Source: a virus. Taken from it: a stretch of DNA of 64,000 nucleotides. Below are positions 55,633 through 64,000 of this stretch, in pieces. The notes under the pieces were generated by a model. That model was not told the DNA's origin, made no database searches, and was given only the letters and a program-made list of their open reading frames with translations. The position numbers and the translations under genes are program-made. Location of the stretch: the IMG/VR virus record IMGVR_UViG_3300023223_001973, positions 1 through 64,000 of that record, one strand, 5' to 3'. Within the stretch, counting starts at the first letter, position 1, and each line of letters opens with the position of its first letter.

Positions 55633-58600
55633 ATGGATGCAGCTACTTCGCTTGAAGGTTTGCTTCAGGGGCTCATGACTGAGCTTGAAACGCAGGATCT
55701 CCACCCTGTTGCTGTTGTAGAGCAGGATGACATGGATCTTCCGCGGGATGCTCTTCCTGATGAGGAAGAGGAGCCTGAAGAGGATGATATTCCTGTTCCT
55801 GAAGAGCCAGAGGAGCTTGCTCCCGAGCTTCCTGAGATCACAGATGCCCTCGCCCAGGAGTTCTACGAGAAGTTAGAGGTACCCGATACCATCGAAGTCT
55901 CTGCTCTTAAGTCGGGCATGGAGGCTGAGCTTGAGCATTGGGAGACCTCTGGTGAGAGCATGGAAGTGGTTGCCCGCATTGCTGTTGATCACTTGCTTGA
56001 GTCTCCTACCTACTATGAAGCTCTGGCTGCTATGATAGCTGACCTTGAGGCTGAGCAGGGCCCGACCGATCCTGAAGAGCCTCTTGAAGAGCCAGAGGAA
56101 CCTGTTGAAGAACCTGAAGAGGAAGAGGAGGAGCCTACTGAGTCTCGTGTTCAAGAGCAGGCTGGTTCTAAGTATGCTATGGGTGAAGTGGGGGAGTGGG
56201 ATGCTATTAGTGTTAACCTGACTTCTGACCGGTTGGAGTTTACTTCTCATGATGAGAGTGAGGGTCCTGAGGGTTATGACTTCACGATGAAAAAGGAAGG
56301 GAACGAGTGGGTGGTTGATAGGGAGGAGACTTCTTATAATGTTCAAGGCAGTCATGTTCTTTGGCTTATAGCTAGTGGGTATAAGGATTGGGATGAGGCA
56401 GGGGAGAAGGCTCCAAAGCGGGATGAGGATGTCCGTATTCCTGATGCTAAGATGTTCGATGCTGTGAAGCAGATGGCAGAGGAAGAGGCAGCCTCTCTTA
56501 CTTTGGGATCTTCTGAGGGACCTGAAGAGGCCCGTATTCGTGAGCAGGCCGAGGGTGAGTCTGAGAATGTGTTAGGGCTCGAATGGAAGTACCCGAAGCC
56601 TGTTGCCCGCGTGGATCAGCTTGTCGCAGAGTATGGTCAGCCTCAGACTGTGGCTGATGATCGGGTAATCTGGACTGAAGGCATTGAACCCTTTAGCGAG
56701 ATTAGGGTTGTTGATGAGGAGATACCTCATGATAAGCCCAAGCCTCATGCTGACTATCTTTATGCCTCCATGCCTTATAATGTTCCTGAGGATAAGGTGG
56801 CTGACGTTGAGAAGATCAGTAAGTCGGTAATGTATGATCCTCTCAAGCAGGTCATTACAGCTCGCTGTGATAACATGGCTGCCAATGTTACAAGCCTGTA
56901 TCTTGCCCAGCAGATAGCTGATGGTGAGATGACTGCTGATGAAGCCTCTGAGCAGTATGGTGACACCATTATGAAGGCTATGGAGGATGAGGCACTGGTT
57001 CAGGACATGAAGGGCAAGCTCAAGCCTATGATGGGTGAACTACCTCCTGAGGATGGTGAGCCTGAAGAACGTATCGTGAATCCCATGATTGGTGCTAATG
57101 AGGCTAAGGGTGCCGTCAAGGGCCTTGCCAAGAAGGCTGGCCGCTCTGTTAAGAAGGCTGAGGAGATCTGGAAGTCCGTCAAGAAGGACTATCTCACGCG
57201 CAACAAGAAGACCGAAGATGAGATGACTGATCGTGACTGGGAGAAGGTTACTGGAGCAGTCAAGCACTCTCTCGGTCTTAAGGCTGGTGAGTCTCGTGTA
57301 AGTGAAGACAAGGGCTGGATTGCGTTTGGGAAGAACCATAATGAGTATGTCCTCCTAAGTGAGGATAGGGAGCAGTTCTGGGCTGGTAATGAGAAGGGCT
57401 GGACCAAGACCTATGAAGAGGCTAAGGTATTCTCCTCTCAAGAGGAGGCTGAGAAGGCTGCTAAGTCACTAGGCCTTGATCCCTATGAGTCTCGCGATAA
57501 GGAGTCCCGTGCTGATGAACTCCAGTCTGGTATGTTTATTGAGGGCCATGAGGGTGATGACATTAAGGAGCCCGACATTCCCAGGGATTTTGATGAGGAA
57601 GAGTTTGAGGCCTGGCAAGAGGCTGGTGGTACCTCTCTAGCTGATCTTTCCTTAGAACAGCAGAAGAAGCTGTTTCAGGAGGAAGATTCTGGGGGACCCC
57701 CCGCTGACGAGACTAAGGGACGCGGATTTGGCTCTTCAGGAGTCTCTCGTGAGGAGGAGATGAAGGCTGAGGGAGCAGTCATGGATGCTGGTATCAAGTA
57801 TGATACCAAGAATTATGACATCGCTAATGGTCGCCTTGAGTTTGCACAGTCTTTACCTGGTCGAGGAGCTTCAGCTGATGTTGTCGCTGTCTGGGACCTG
57901 AAGGCTCATAAGCTTATTGACATGGAGGAAGGTAGAGTTCCTAATGTTACAGCTCCTGAGGCTGACAAGATTAAGGACCTTCGTGAACAGGGTTATATGC
58001 CTTTAGCCAAGGGTCTTACGCAAGAGGATGCTGATAATATGGCCAAGGTGAAGGATGGTGTGGTCTCTCCTGATCCTGAGAACCCTGAGAAGTTTATGGT
58101 CCTGGTTAAGGAATCTCTGTGGGAGGAAACCCCTTCTGAGGAAGGTCCTCCTAAGGAGGATAATGGTCCCCGTATTGAGTTCCGTAGTGAGGCTGAGGAG
58201 GATCTCTGGGATACTGAGCTGCTGGGTCAGATCTCGGATGGGGCTTATGAGAACTATCGTGGATCTCATTATCGGCACTGGGATCAGCTTCCTACAAGGG
58301 TTAACCCTGATCTACGTCGTCCGCGGGTGGTTAACAGTCAGTATAAGAATTACTTCCCATTTCATAAGGACCTGATGGATGCCGTTGGTCCGCGGATGTT
58401 GAAGATTGTCAGGCGGACCATGCCTGAGGCTACTTCGGAGGATCTCCGCAAGATGCTGGTTCATATCAGCAATGCTGTGAGATACCCCGTTCGTGAGGTT
58501 AGAGAATCGATGCGTGAAGGATTGACCACTACTCCTAATGATGTTGCTAAGTCCGGTGGTGGTACCTTTGCCAAGAAGGGTGAGACTGTCCAAGCTGAGA

Positions 58601-59625
58601 GGATCTCTGATGAGTCTGGTGGCACGACATTGATCCTGACCAACCCTGAAGAGGGTACTCGTGAGATCCTCCAGTTTGAGTCTGAGCAGGCTATGTCAGA
58701 TGCTGGCTGGAAGGTAGAGGAGACCAAGATGAATGAGGAAGGCATTATACCTCCTGTGAAGCAAGGTAAGGACGAACCTCATCCTATCAAGGATCCCATT
58801 GCATCCGATGTGGATACCTTGAAGGATAAGGACATGGAGGATGAGCGTGTGAAGCCTGCTGAGATGGACTTTGATGAGCAGGGTAAAATGTATATGGATG
58901 CTGTCCTCAGCACAGAGGGTTTGCCTGGCGCTGGACCGTCCGGTCAGGAAGGTACAACTGAATCTATGGAAGAGGCAGACGTACCTAAAGTAGCACTGCC
59001 TCGCGGGTTCCCAAAGTTGGATCAGGACACTTGGGAGAAGGCTGTTGCCTCGCTGCACAAGCGAGGTACCTTGAAGAAAGGTGATAAATACAATTATGCA
59101 GCTCTTATAGCTGTGTATAGGAATATGGAGGCTAAGGCTGAGAGAGAAACAATGACGCCTACTAAGGAATTCCGGGATCTTCATGGGTTACTCTCTGGTT
59201 TAGGAGGTCCTGTGAATGAGCAGGGTAACTTCGCTGTTGCTCGTCCTGATGATATTGGGACTACTGAGGTTAGGGGAGATACATACTATCAGACCTATGG
59301 TGGACCGGGTGGTAGTGAGCCTCCCATTCCTGAGTGGCTTCCCTCGGCTGTTGTCGAGCAGTTCAAACAAGCTTGGACGGATGAGTTTAAGGCCCAGGCT
59401 GAGGCAGAAGCTGGGGAGGGTGAGGACCTTGACGATGTGATGTTTAACATGTCTCAGACTACTTATGATGACGCCTCTGGGTTCCTTGTTGTGGGACCAA
59501 GTATGTCTGAGGATTTCTCAGGTGTTGATCACTGGACAGTGGGCCCCTTCAAGGCTCAGGTTAAGCTGCCTGGCTCTGAGGAAGAGTCAGCTGTTGAGGT
59601 TTGGGGTGGTATCTCTGGGGTGTAG
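55633..59625 (+). CDS. Very acidic modular protein, putative internal-head polyprotein (includes DUF5661-like module)
   Basis: GMEAELEH...IAVDHLLESPTYY; modules separated by ES(R)xxE-like linkers. Confidence 0.6.
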   Translation: MDAATSLEGLLQGLMTELETQDLHPVAVVEQDDMDLPRDALPDEEEEPEEDDIPVPEEPEELAPELPEITDALAQEFYEKLEVPDTIEVSALKSGMEAELEHWETSGESMEVVARIAVDHLLESPTYYEALAAMIADLEAEQGPTDPEEPLEEPEEPVEEPEEEEEEPTESRVQEQAGSKYAMGEVGEWDAISVNLTSDRLEFTSHDESEGPEGYDFTMKKEGNEWVVDREETSYNVQGSHVLWLIASGYKDWDEAGEKAPKRDEDVRIPDAKMFDAVKQMAEEEAASLTLGSSEGPEEARIREQAEGESENVLGLEWKYPKPVARVDQLVAEYGQPQTVADDRVIWTEGIEPFSEIRVVDEEIPHDKPKPHADYLYASMPYNVPEDKVADVEKISKSVMYDPLKQVITARCDNMAANVTSLYLAQQIADGEMTADEASEQYGDTIMKAMEDEALVQDMKGKLKPMMGELPPEDGEPEERIVNPMIGANEAKGAVKGLAKKAGRSVKKAEEIWKSVKKDYLTRNKKTEDEMTDRDWEKVTGAVKHSLGLKAGESRVSEDKGWIAFGKNHNEYVLLSEDREQFWAGNEKGWTKTYEEAKVFSSQEEAEKAAKSLGLDPYESRDKESRADELQSGMFIEGHEGDDIKEPDIPRDFDEEEFEAWQEAGGTSLADLSLEQQKKLFQEEDSGGPPADETKGRGFGSSGVSREEEMKAEGAVMDAGIKYDTKNYDIANGRLEFAQSLPGRGASADVVAVWDLKAHKLIDMEEGRVPNVTAPEADKIKDLREQGYMPLAKGLTQEDADNMAKVKDGVVSPDPENPEKFMVLVKESLWEETPSEEGPPKEDNGPRIEFRSEAEEDLWDTELLGQISDGAYENYRGSHYRHWDQLPTRVNPDLRRPRVVNSQYKNYFPFHKDLMDAVGPRMLKIVRRTMPEATSEDLRKMLVHISNAVRYPVREVRESMREGLTTTPNDVAKSGGGTFAKKGETVQAERISDESGGTTLILTNPEEGTREILQFESEQAMSDAGWKVEETKMNEEGIIPPVKQGKDEPHPIKDPIASDVDTLKDKDMEDERVKPAEMDFDEQGKMYMDAVLSTEGLPGAGPSGQEGTTESMEEADVPKVALPRGFPKLDQDTWEKAVASLHKRGTLKKGDKYNYAALIAVYRNMEAKAERETMTPTKEFRDLHGLLSGLGGPVNEQGNFAVARPDDIGTTEVRGDTYYQTYGGPGGSEPPIPEWLPSAVVEQFKQAWTDEFKAQAEAEAGEGEDLDDVMFNMSQTTYDDASGFLVVGPSMSEDFSGVDHWTVGPFKAQVKLPGSEEESAVEVWGGISGV

Positions 59626-59627
59626 TT

Positions 59628-60506
59628 ATGGAAGAGTTTGAGCCCCTCTTTAACTTTCTAATGGAAGGAAACGTCGGACCTCTCATTGAGCAGGAACCTG
59701 CCACTGGGATGAAGCAGGACCGTCTTCCACGTGAGGAGGCTCTCAAGCGCTTCGACCTTGTGAAGGCCACTCTTGTTGAGTTGGGGATTGACGCTGATGC
59801 CATAGAACCTGGTGGCTCCATACGACGGGGTAAGGACACTGTTGGTGATCTTGATGTTGGCATCTTCGACTATGACAAGATAAGCAAAGGATTCTACAGC
59901 CGGTTTGTTGAGACTATGAAGGCTAAGGGTCATGAGGTTACGCCTAAGACCTTGGGAGCCTCTCAGACCTCTCTTCTCATTGATGGGTTTCTGGTTGAGC
60001 TGAAGAAGTTCCCTACGGAGTCTTACGGTGCGGCCATGATCTTTATTACGGGTCCTGGCCAGTACAACCTTGACATGAGGGGCTGGGCTAAGGGTAAGGG
60101 CTACAAGCTGAATCGCTATGGTCTCTTTGATGCTGCCTCTGGTAAGATGTATCCCTCCGACAAGGAGGAAGGGATCTACAAGCAGTTGGGCATCCCTTAT
60201 GAGCAACCTAGTGCAAGGCTTAAGTTTAGTCCTCCACGTGAGGAGAGACCTGCAGACCCGAAGCCTGATGAGACTCAGATACCTGAAGAGCTCTGGAACA
60301 AGGTCCCTGATGACGTTAAGGCTAAGCTGAAAGACTTCGATGTTCCTGCCGTTGATGAGAACGGGATTCGACTGGGCAAGGACTTCCTCTGGAACAAGAA
60401 GGTCAGGCAGAGGTACCATATCACATACTCCCAGGCGAAGAGGTCTGGTCAGGAGATGAAACCCAAGTTTGAGCTTCCTGCGGAGTTCAAGCTGGATCGC
60501 TATTAG
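59628..60506 (+). CDS. polX: Minimal family X DNA polymerase
   Basis: GGSIRRGKDTVGDLD, FITGP..YN..MR..AK.KGYKLNRYGLF, EEGIYKQLGIPY..P..R. Confidence 0.88.
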   Translation: MEEFEPLFNFLMEGNVGPLIEQEPATGMKQDRLPREEALKRFDLVKATLVELGIDADAIEPGGSIRRGKDTVGDLDVGIFDYDKISKGFYSRFVETMKAKGHEVTPKTLGASQTSLLIDGFLVELKKFPTESYGAAMIFITGPGQYNLDMRGWAKGKGYKLNRYGLFDAASGKMYPSDKEEGIYKQLGIPYEQPSARLKFSPPREERPADPKPDETQIPEELWNKVPDDVKAKLKDFDVPAVDENGIRLGKDFLWNKKVRQRYHITYSQAKRSGQEMKPKFELPAEFKLDRY

Positions 60507-60514
60507 GAGAGGTT

Positions 60515-60820
60515 ATGTCCTTTGAAGAGATTTATGAGAAGGTAGAGGAAGCTCGACCTACTCAGGCTGACTATGAGAGATTCCAGCAGGAGTATAAAAC
60601 TTTTCTTGATGGATCTGGCCTAGATGGTGACATCAATAATGTCGCTGATGAGGTATTTTATGAGATATGGCCGGTCTCTGAGGAGGAAGAAGGAAAAGCT
60701 GTAGACTTTCTTCAGAGGCTTGCTTCTAAGTATAAAATGCGGTATAGCCACTATGGTACGAAGGGTGATGGACAGTTTCATAACCATTATGTAGCATGGG
60801 ACTTACAGTGGATGGTTTGA
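60515..60820 (+). CDS. Putative internal-head protein
   Basis: N-terminus MSFEEIYEKVEE; AGGAG RBS. Confidence 0.6.
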   Translation: MSFEEIYEKVEEARPTQADYERFQQEYKTFLDGSGLDGDINNVADEVFYEIWPVSEEEEGKAVDFLQRLASKYKMRYSHYGTKGDGQFHNHYVAWDLQWMV

Positions 60821-60832
60821 TAGGAGGTTGTT

Positions 60833-61399
60833 ATGGAGTTTGGTGATATCTTCGAGAAGGTGAACGAGGTTAAGATCAACGAGGGTTGGGAAGCCTACCC
60901 ACTTCCTAAAACTCTAGAAGATCTAATGTATACCCTTAAGGGTATGAAAGTGGGTGAGTATGCTATTACTGATGTGGTGAAGAATAAGGGTGGAGAGGGT
61001 GTTACCATTACTGGTGAATGGGGTCCGGAGAAGGTTGATTTGTACCCTTGGGGTCCTAATGCTCTTGAGCTCAGTCTTTCTGGTGATATTTACGAAGAGG
61101 GTGAGTATCCTGCTTCCCCAGAAAGGGGTCCTAGACTCAACCAGGATGCTAGTCTTTTTCAGGAAATGTTTGACGATATGAGGAACTTTGATGTTATTGA
61201 TCAGACTAACTCTGATGTCTCTGTTGACAATATTGAGCGGCTTGGGTTTGGTGAGTATAAGACTGGTGAGGATGAAGCTGGTGAACCTGAGTATACTATT
61301 CCTGTTGAGGTTCTTCAGAAGAGAATGGAAGAGGCCGACACTGGAGTTACTGAAGAGGCTGTATTAGATTTCATTGATGATCTTTTGACTTCTAGGTAG
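60833..61399 (+). CDS. Putative internal-head protein
   Basis: N-terminus MEFGDIFEKVNE; AGGAGG RBS. Confidence 0.6.
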   Translation: MEFGDIFEKVNEVKINEGWEAYPLPKTLEDLMYTLKGMKVGEYAITDVVKNKGGEGVTITGEWGPEKVDLYPWGPNALELSLSGDIYEEGEYPASPERGPRLNQDASLFQEMFDDMRNFDVIDQTNSDVSVDNIERLGFGEYKTGEDEAGEPEYTIPVEVLQKRMEEADTGVTEEAVLDFIDDLLTSR

Positions 61400-61407
61400 G
61401 ATCAACT

Positions 61408-61962
61408 GTGTACTTTGATGAAATCTTCGACAAGGTGAATGAAGACTCTAATTACGTCTACACCGCTCAGGTAGACCTTGGCACCAATCGTAAAGGCTAT
61501 CAGCAAATGGGCCCATACACTGTGCCTGAAGGGAAAACCTTTGCTGGTGATAATTATCCATCTGAGCAGGACTATATTGCTGATCTTATAGCAAAGGGTT
61601 ATGATGAGACTGGGCAACTGAGGAATGTTACTGATCCTCGTTATAGTGTTCAATATGAGGCTCAAGTGAATGAGACTAACATGATAGGCTTCGCAGCTGG
61701 CACTCTCCCTCTTAAGGTTACTCAGGAGCAAGAGACAAGGGAGGTATGGACCTGTCCTCATTGTGATAAGGAAATTCAAGAGAAGACTCTCTTCTGCGAG
61801 GACTTGGATTCTAAGGAATACACTCATAGTCCTTGTAAAGGAAAGGTTTCTCTACCACAGACCACGGAGGGTGAGGATGATATTACTCGCTTCCTAAGTG
61901 GCAAGGATAGTCATGGCCAGGGTGAGGATGTATCCTTTTATGCTATGACCCCGAGAGGTTGA
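61408..61962 (+). CDS. Putative internal-head protein with CxxC
   Basis: N-terminus MYFDEIFDKVNE; CPHC...HSPC. Confidence 0.6.
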   Translation: MYFDEIFDKVNEDSNYVYTAQVDLGTNRKGYQQMGPYTVPEGKTFAGDNYPSEQDYIADLIAKGYDETGQLRNVTDPRYSVQYEAQVNETNMIGFAAGTLPLKVTQEQETREVWTCPHCDKEIQEKTLFCEDLDSKEYTHSPCKGKVSLPQTTEGEDDITRFLSGKDSHGQGEDVSFYAMTPRG

Positions 61963-61963
61963 T

Positions 61964-62245
61964 GTGTTTGGTGAGCTATATGAAGCAATTTTAGAGAAGC
62001 GTGGAACTGGAAAGAGGGCTCGTGTCCCTGGTATACTAGATGTACCAAGGGGTAGATCTGCCTTTAGTATGGGGATTGGTCATTATGTGAAGTTGGCCAA
62101 GCAGCATGGTAAGTCGAAGATCCTGAGTGCTCTCAAGAACCTGGAGCAGCTGAATAAGATACCGTTTCCTAAGTCTTCAGCTGCTGCGAATAAACTGATT
62201 AACCGGCTTACAGCCTCTTCCAAGTGGAAGAAGCTCAAGAGGTAA
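61964..62245 (+). CDS. Putative internal-head protein, basic
   Basis: N-terminus MFGELYEAILE followed by a K/R-rich body. Confidence 0.6.
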   Translation: MFGELYEAILEKRGTGKRARVPGILDVPRGRSAFSMGIGHYVKLAKQHGKSKILSALKNLEQLNKIPFPKSSAAANKLINRLTASSKWKKLKR

Positions 62246-62246
62246 T

Positions 62247-62519
62247 ATGTTTCACGGCCTGTTTGAACGTTTGAGTGAGGATCAAGAGCACGGCCGCGTT
62301 CTCCTCATTAAGATGAATGAAGAGGGTTATGAGTCTCTGATGCCTATGCTACAGCATCTAGAGAATGCTGGCAACGTTGGACACTCTCTATCTGTGGAAA
62401 TGGATGATGACAAGTATGGGTGGGATGGTGACGGTAATGCTAGGATCTTGGGAATTATTGACTTAACTGCTGAAGAGGTCAAAGCGGCTTCTGAAGCTGA
62501 GCCTGTTGAAGGAGAGTAA
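62247..62519 (+). CDS. Putative internal-head protein
   Basis: N-terminus MFHGLFERLSE. Confidence 0.6.
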   Translation: MFHGLFERLSEDQEHGRVLLIKMNEEGYESLMPMLQHLENAGNVGHSLSVEMDDDKYGWDGDGNARILGIIDLTAEEVKAASEAEPVEGE

Positions 62520-62520
62520 G

Positions 62521-63807
62521 ATGTCGGACAAGAATCCTAACCTTGGTTTCCAGGGCTTGCTTGAGTCCATGAATGCTGTGGAGCTCAATGAAGAGACTCT
62601 CCCTGTGGAAGAGGCCCGTATTAATGAAGTCTTAACTTCTGATGAGCGGAAAGCTATTAATGATTGGCTTGAGCCTTATGACGCTCGGTTGATGCCGCAT
62701 GACTCCTCCGCTGAAGATGATGTGATGATCTCAACTAAGCGTCTTGAGAGTCCTGAGCAGTTTTCTAAGCTCCAGAGTGAGGCTGCGAAACGCTGGCCTC
62801 GCTTTGAATGGGATCAGGGTGGAGATTTCTTAGTGGGTAATGTGAAGGAATCCCGCGTTGATGAGGCTGTCCGTCAGCGTCGTAAGTGGTATCCTGATGG
62901 TACTGTTGAGGAAGAGATTGAGTGGGATGAGGACCACCATATGGCTGCTATGGCTGATGGTGCTAAGCTCCCTGAGAGTCTCGTGAAGGAGAACGCTGAG
63001 GAGCTGATCGCCAAGTTCGTCCAGTCCGAGCATAAGAAGGACAAGGATCGTTATACCGTTGAGTATGGTGGTCAAACCTACACTGGCGAGAGTGTTGATG
63101 ATCTCATCGAGCAGCTGACCTCTAAGGGTCCTGACGAGTCCAAGGTGGAGGAGAATGAGGAATATGATCCTAAGCAAACTCGGGGGGCAAATGCCGCTAA
63201 TTGGATTAGGAACCGTTCTCGCGAGACAGGTGGGTGGGTCAATATCCCTTGGGGTGAAGGTGTTCGCTTTGGTTTGACCGATGTTGTTAAGGATCAGGTT
63301 CCTGAGGGGGAGAAGATTGTTGGTGATCCTTCACAAGAGTGGATTCTTAATCAACCAGATGCTGAGTATGGTGATTATATGTATGAGCCTCCTCAGACTT
63401 TAACAGGGATTTATCTTCCTTATTTGGATGATTTTCAGGGAGATCCTTCTTTTGAGGAGATGATGACTGCCTTGAAAAGGGCAAATGAGAGTCAGGTAAT
63501 TGAGCAAGGACCAGGAAGGAGGGGTGGCCCTGGGAGCACTCCTATAGTTCAGGTACCATTTGGTGCTGGTAGTGGCCCTGGAAGGAAAGATGGTCTGTTG
63601 TCGATCTCTGTTGTTAATGACGCTGATCCTCCTGAGTCCTGGCAATGGAACCTGAACATTTTGGTATCTACTGGCGATAGTGTTGAGTTGACGGGCGTGA
63701 CTCCGGATTCGATTGAGACATTGATGATTCAGCTTGGACAGGCTAAGGATGAGCTTGCTAAGCAGCCTCCCTTTAAGGACAAGGACGAGTCTCTCGACTA
63801 TGCTTAA
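62521..63807 (+). CDS. Acidic modular protein, putative internal-head polyprotein
   Basis: FQGLLESM leader; EEARINE, ESRVDE, ESLVKE, ESKVEE, ESQVIE linkers. Confidence 0.6.
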   Translation: MSDKNPNLGFQGLLESMNAVELNEETLPVEEARINEVLTSDERKAINDWLEPYDARLMPHDSSAEDDVMISTKRLESPEQFSKLQSEAAKRWPRFEWDQGGDFLVGNVKESRVDEAVRQRRKWYPDGTVEEEIEWDEDHHMAAMADGAKLPESLVKENAEELIAKFVQSEHKKDKDRYTVEYGGQTYTGESVDDLIEQLTSKGPDESKVEENEEYDPKQTRGANAANWIRNRSRETGGWVNIPWGEGVRFGLTDVVKDQVPEGEKIVGDPSQEWILNQPDAEYGDYMYEPPQTLTGIYLPYLDDFQGDPSFEEMMTALKRANESQVIEQGPGRRGGPGSTPIVQVPFGAGSGPGRKDGLLSISVVNDADPPESWQWNLNILVSTGDSVELTGVTPDSIETLMIQLGQAKDELAKQPPFKDKDESLDYA

Positions 63808-64000
63808 AGATCTTCTCGAAAGACTGACTGAGCAGGAGGAGCCTGTACAAGAACATCTCCCCAAGGCTTGGGGTATTCTATACGCCAACCCCAATCCTGA
63901 TGACTCTCGCAAGCAGTGCCTTAACTGTATAATGTGGTCTAGGGACAACCGTTGCAGCATTCATGAGTCTGATGAGGAGACTACAGAGGATCACACCTGT
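63800..64000 (+). CDS. 5' part of a Cys-rich protein truncated by the window edge
   Basis: MLKDLLERLTEQ...QCLNC...RCSIH...HTC, open to the end. Confidence 0.55.
   Translation, partial: MLKDLLERLTEQEEPVQEHLPKAWGILYANPNPDDSRKQCLNCIMWSRDNRCSIHESDEETTEDHTC

Noticed and set aside
59658-60419. 253-aa antisense ORF
   Set aside because: Shadow of the Pol X gene.
1-64000. Alternative genetic code, integrase or transposase
   Set aside because: Core genes are intact in code 11 with TAA, TAG and TGA all used as stops; no recombinase or transposase motifs recognised.

Overview
A 64-kb segment of a large dsDNA tailed phage with a T4-like head module. Almost all real genes are on the + strand. In order: (1) an early/accessory region with a lone Cas7/RAMP-like gene followed by a 642-nt array of 19 units built from NNN-(A/G)C pentamers and punctuated by AGHGGC; (2) an RNA cluster (tmRNA, tRNA-Asn, two unannotated structured RNAs, two boxA-like sites); (3) a ~9-kb glycan-modification cluster; (4) ATP-dependent ligase, DHH phosphoesterase and two paralogous ECF-like sigma factors, whose likely promoter (TGAACCT-N14-CGTA) recurs through 0.9-26 kb; (5) a JAB + E1 + ubiquitin-like module; (6) replication/recombination genes (EndoIV, HU, SSB, RuvC, RecA, split SbcC, SbcD, clamp, large radical SAM, Toprim primase, DnaX); (7) terminase, portal, prohead protease/scaffold, major capsid and neck; (8) a run of acidic putative internal-head proteins sharing an N-terminal targeting-like motif, including a Pol X. 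The standout is the RAMP + pentamer array. It looks like a CRISPR-related but non-CRISPR RNA-guided system with a gapped guide code: joining the variable triplets yields TTGACA, TATAAT and an RBS+ATG, suggesting promoter-targeting guides. All calls come from reading motifs by eye; no database searches were run.
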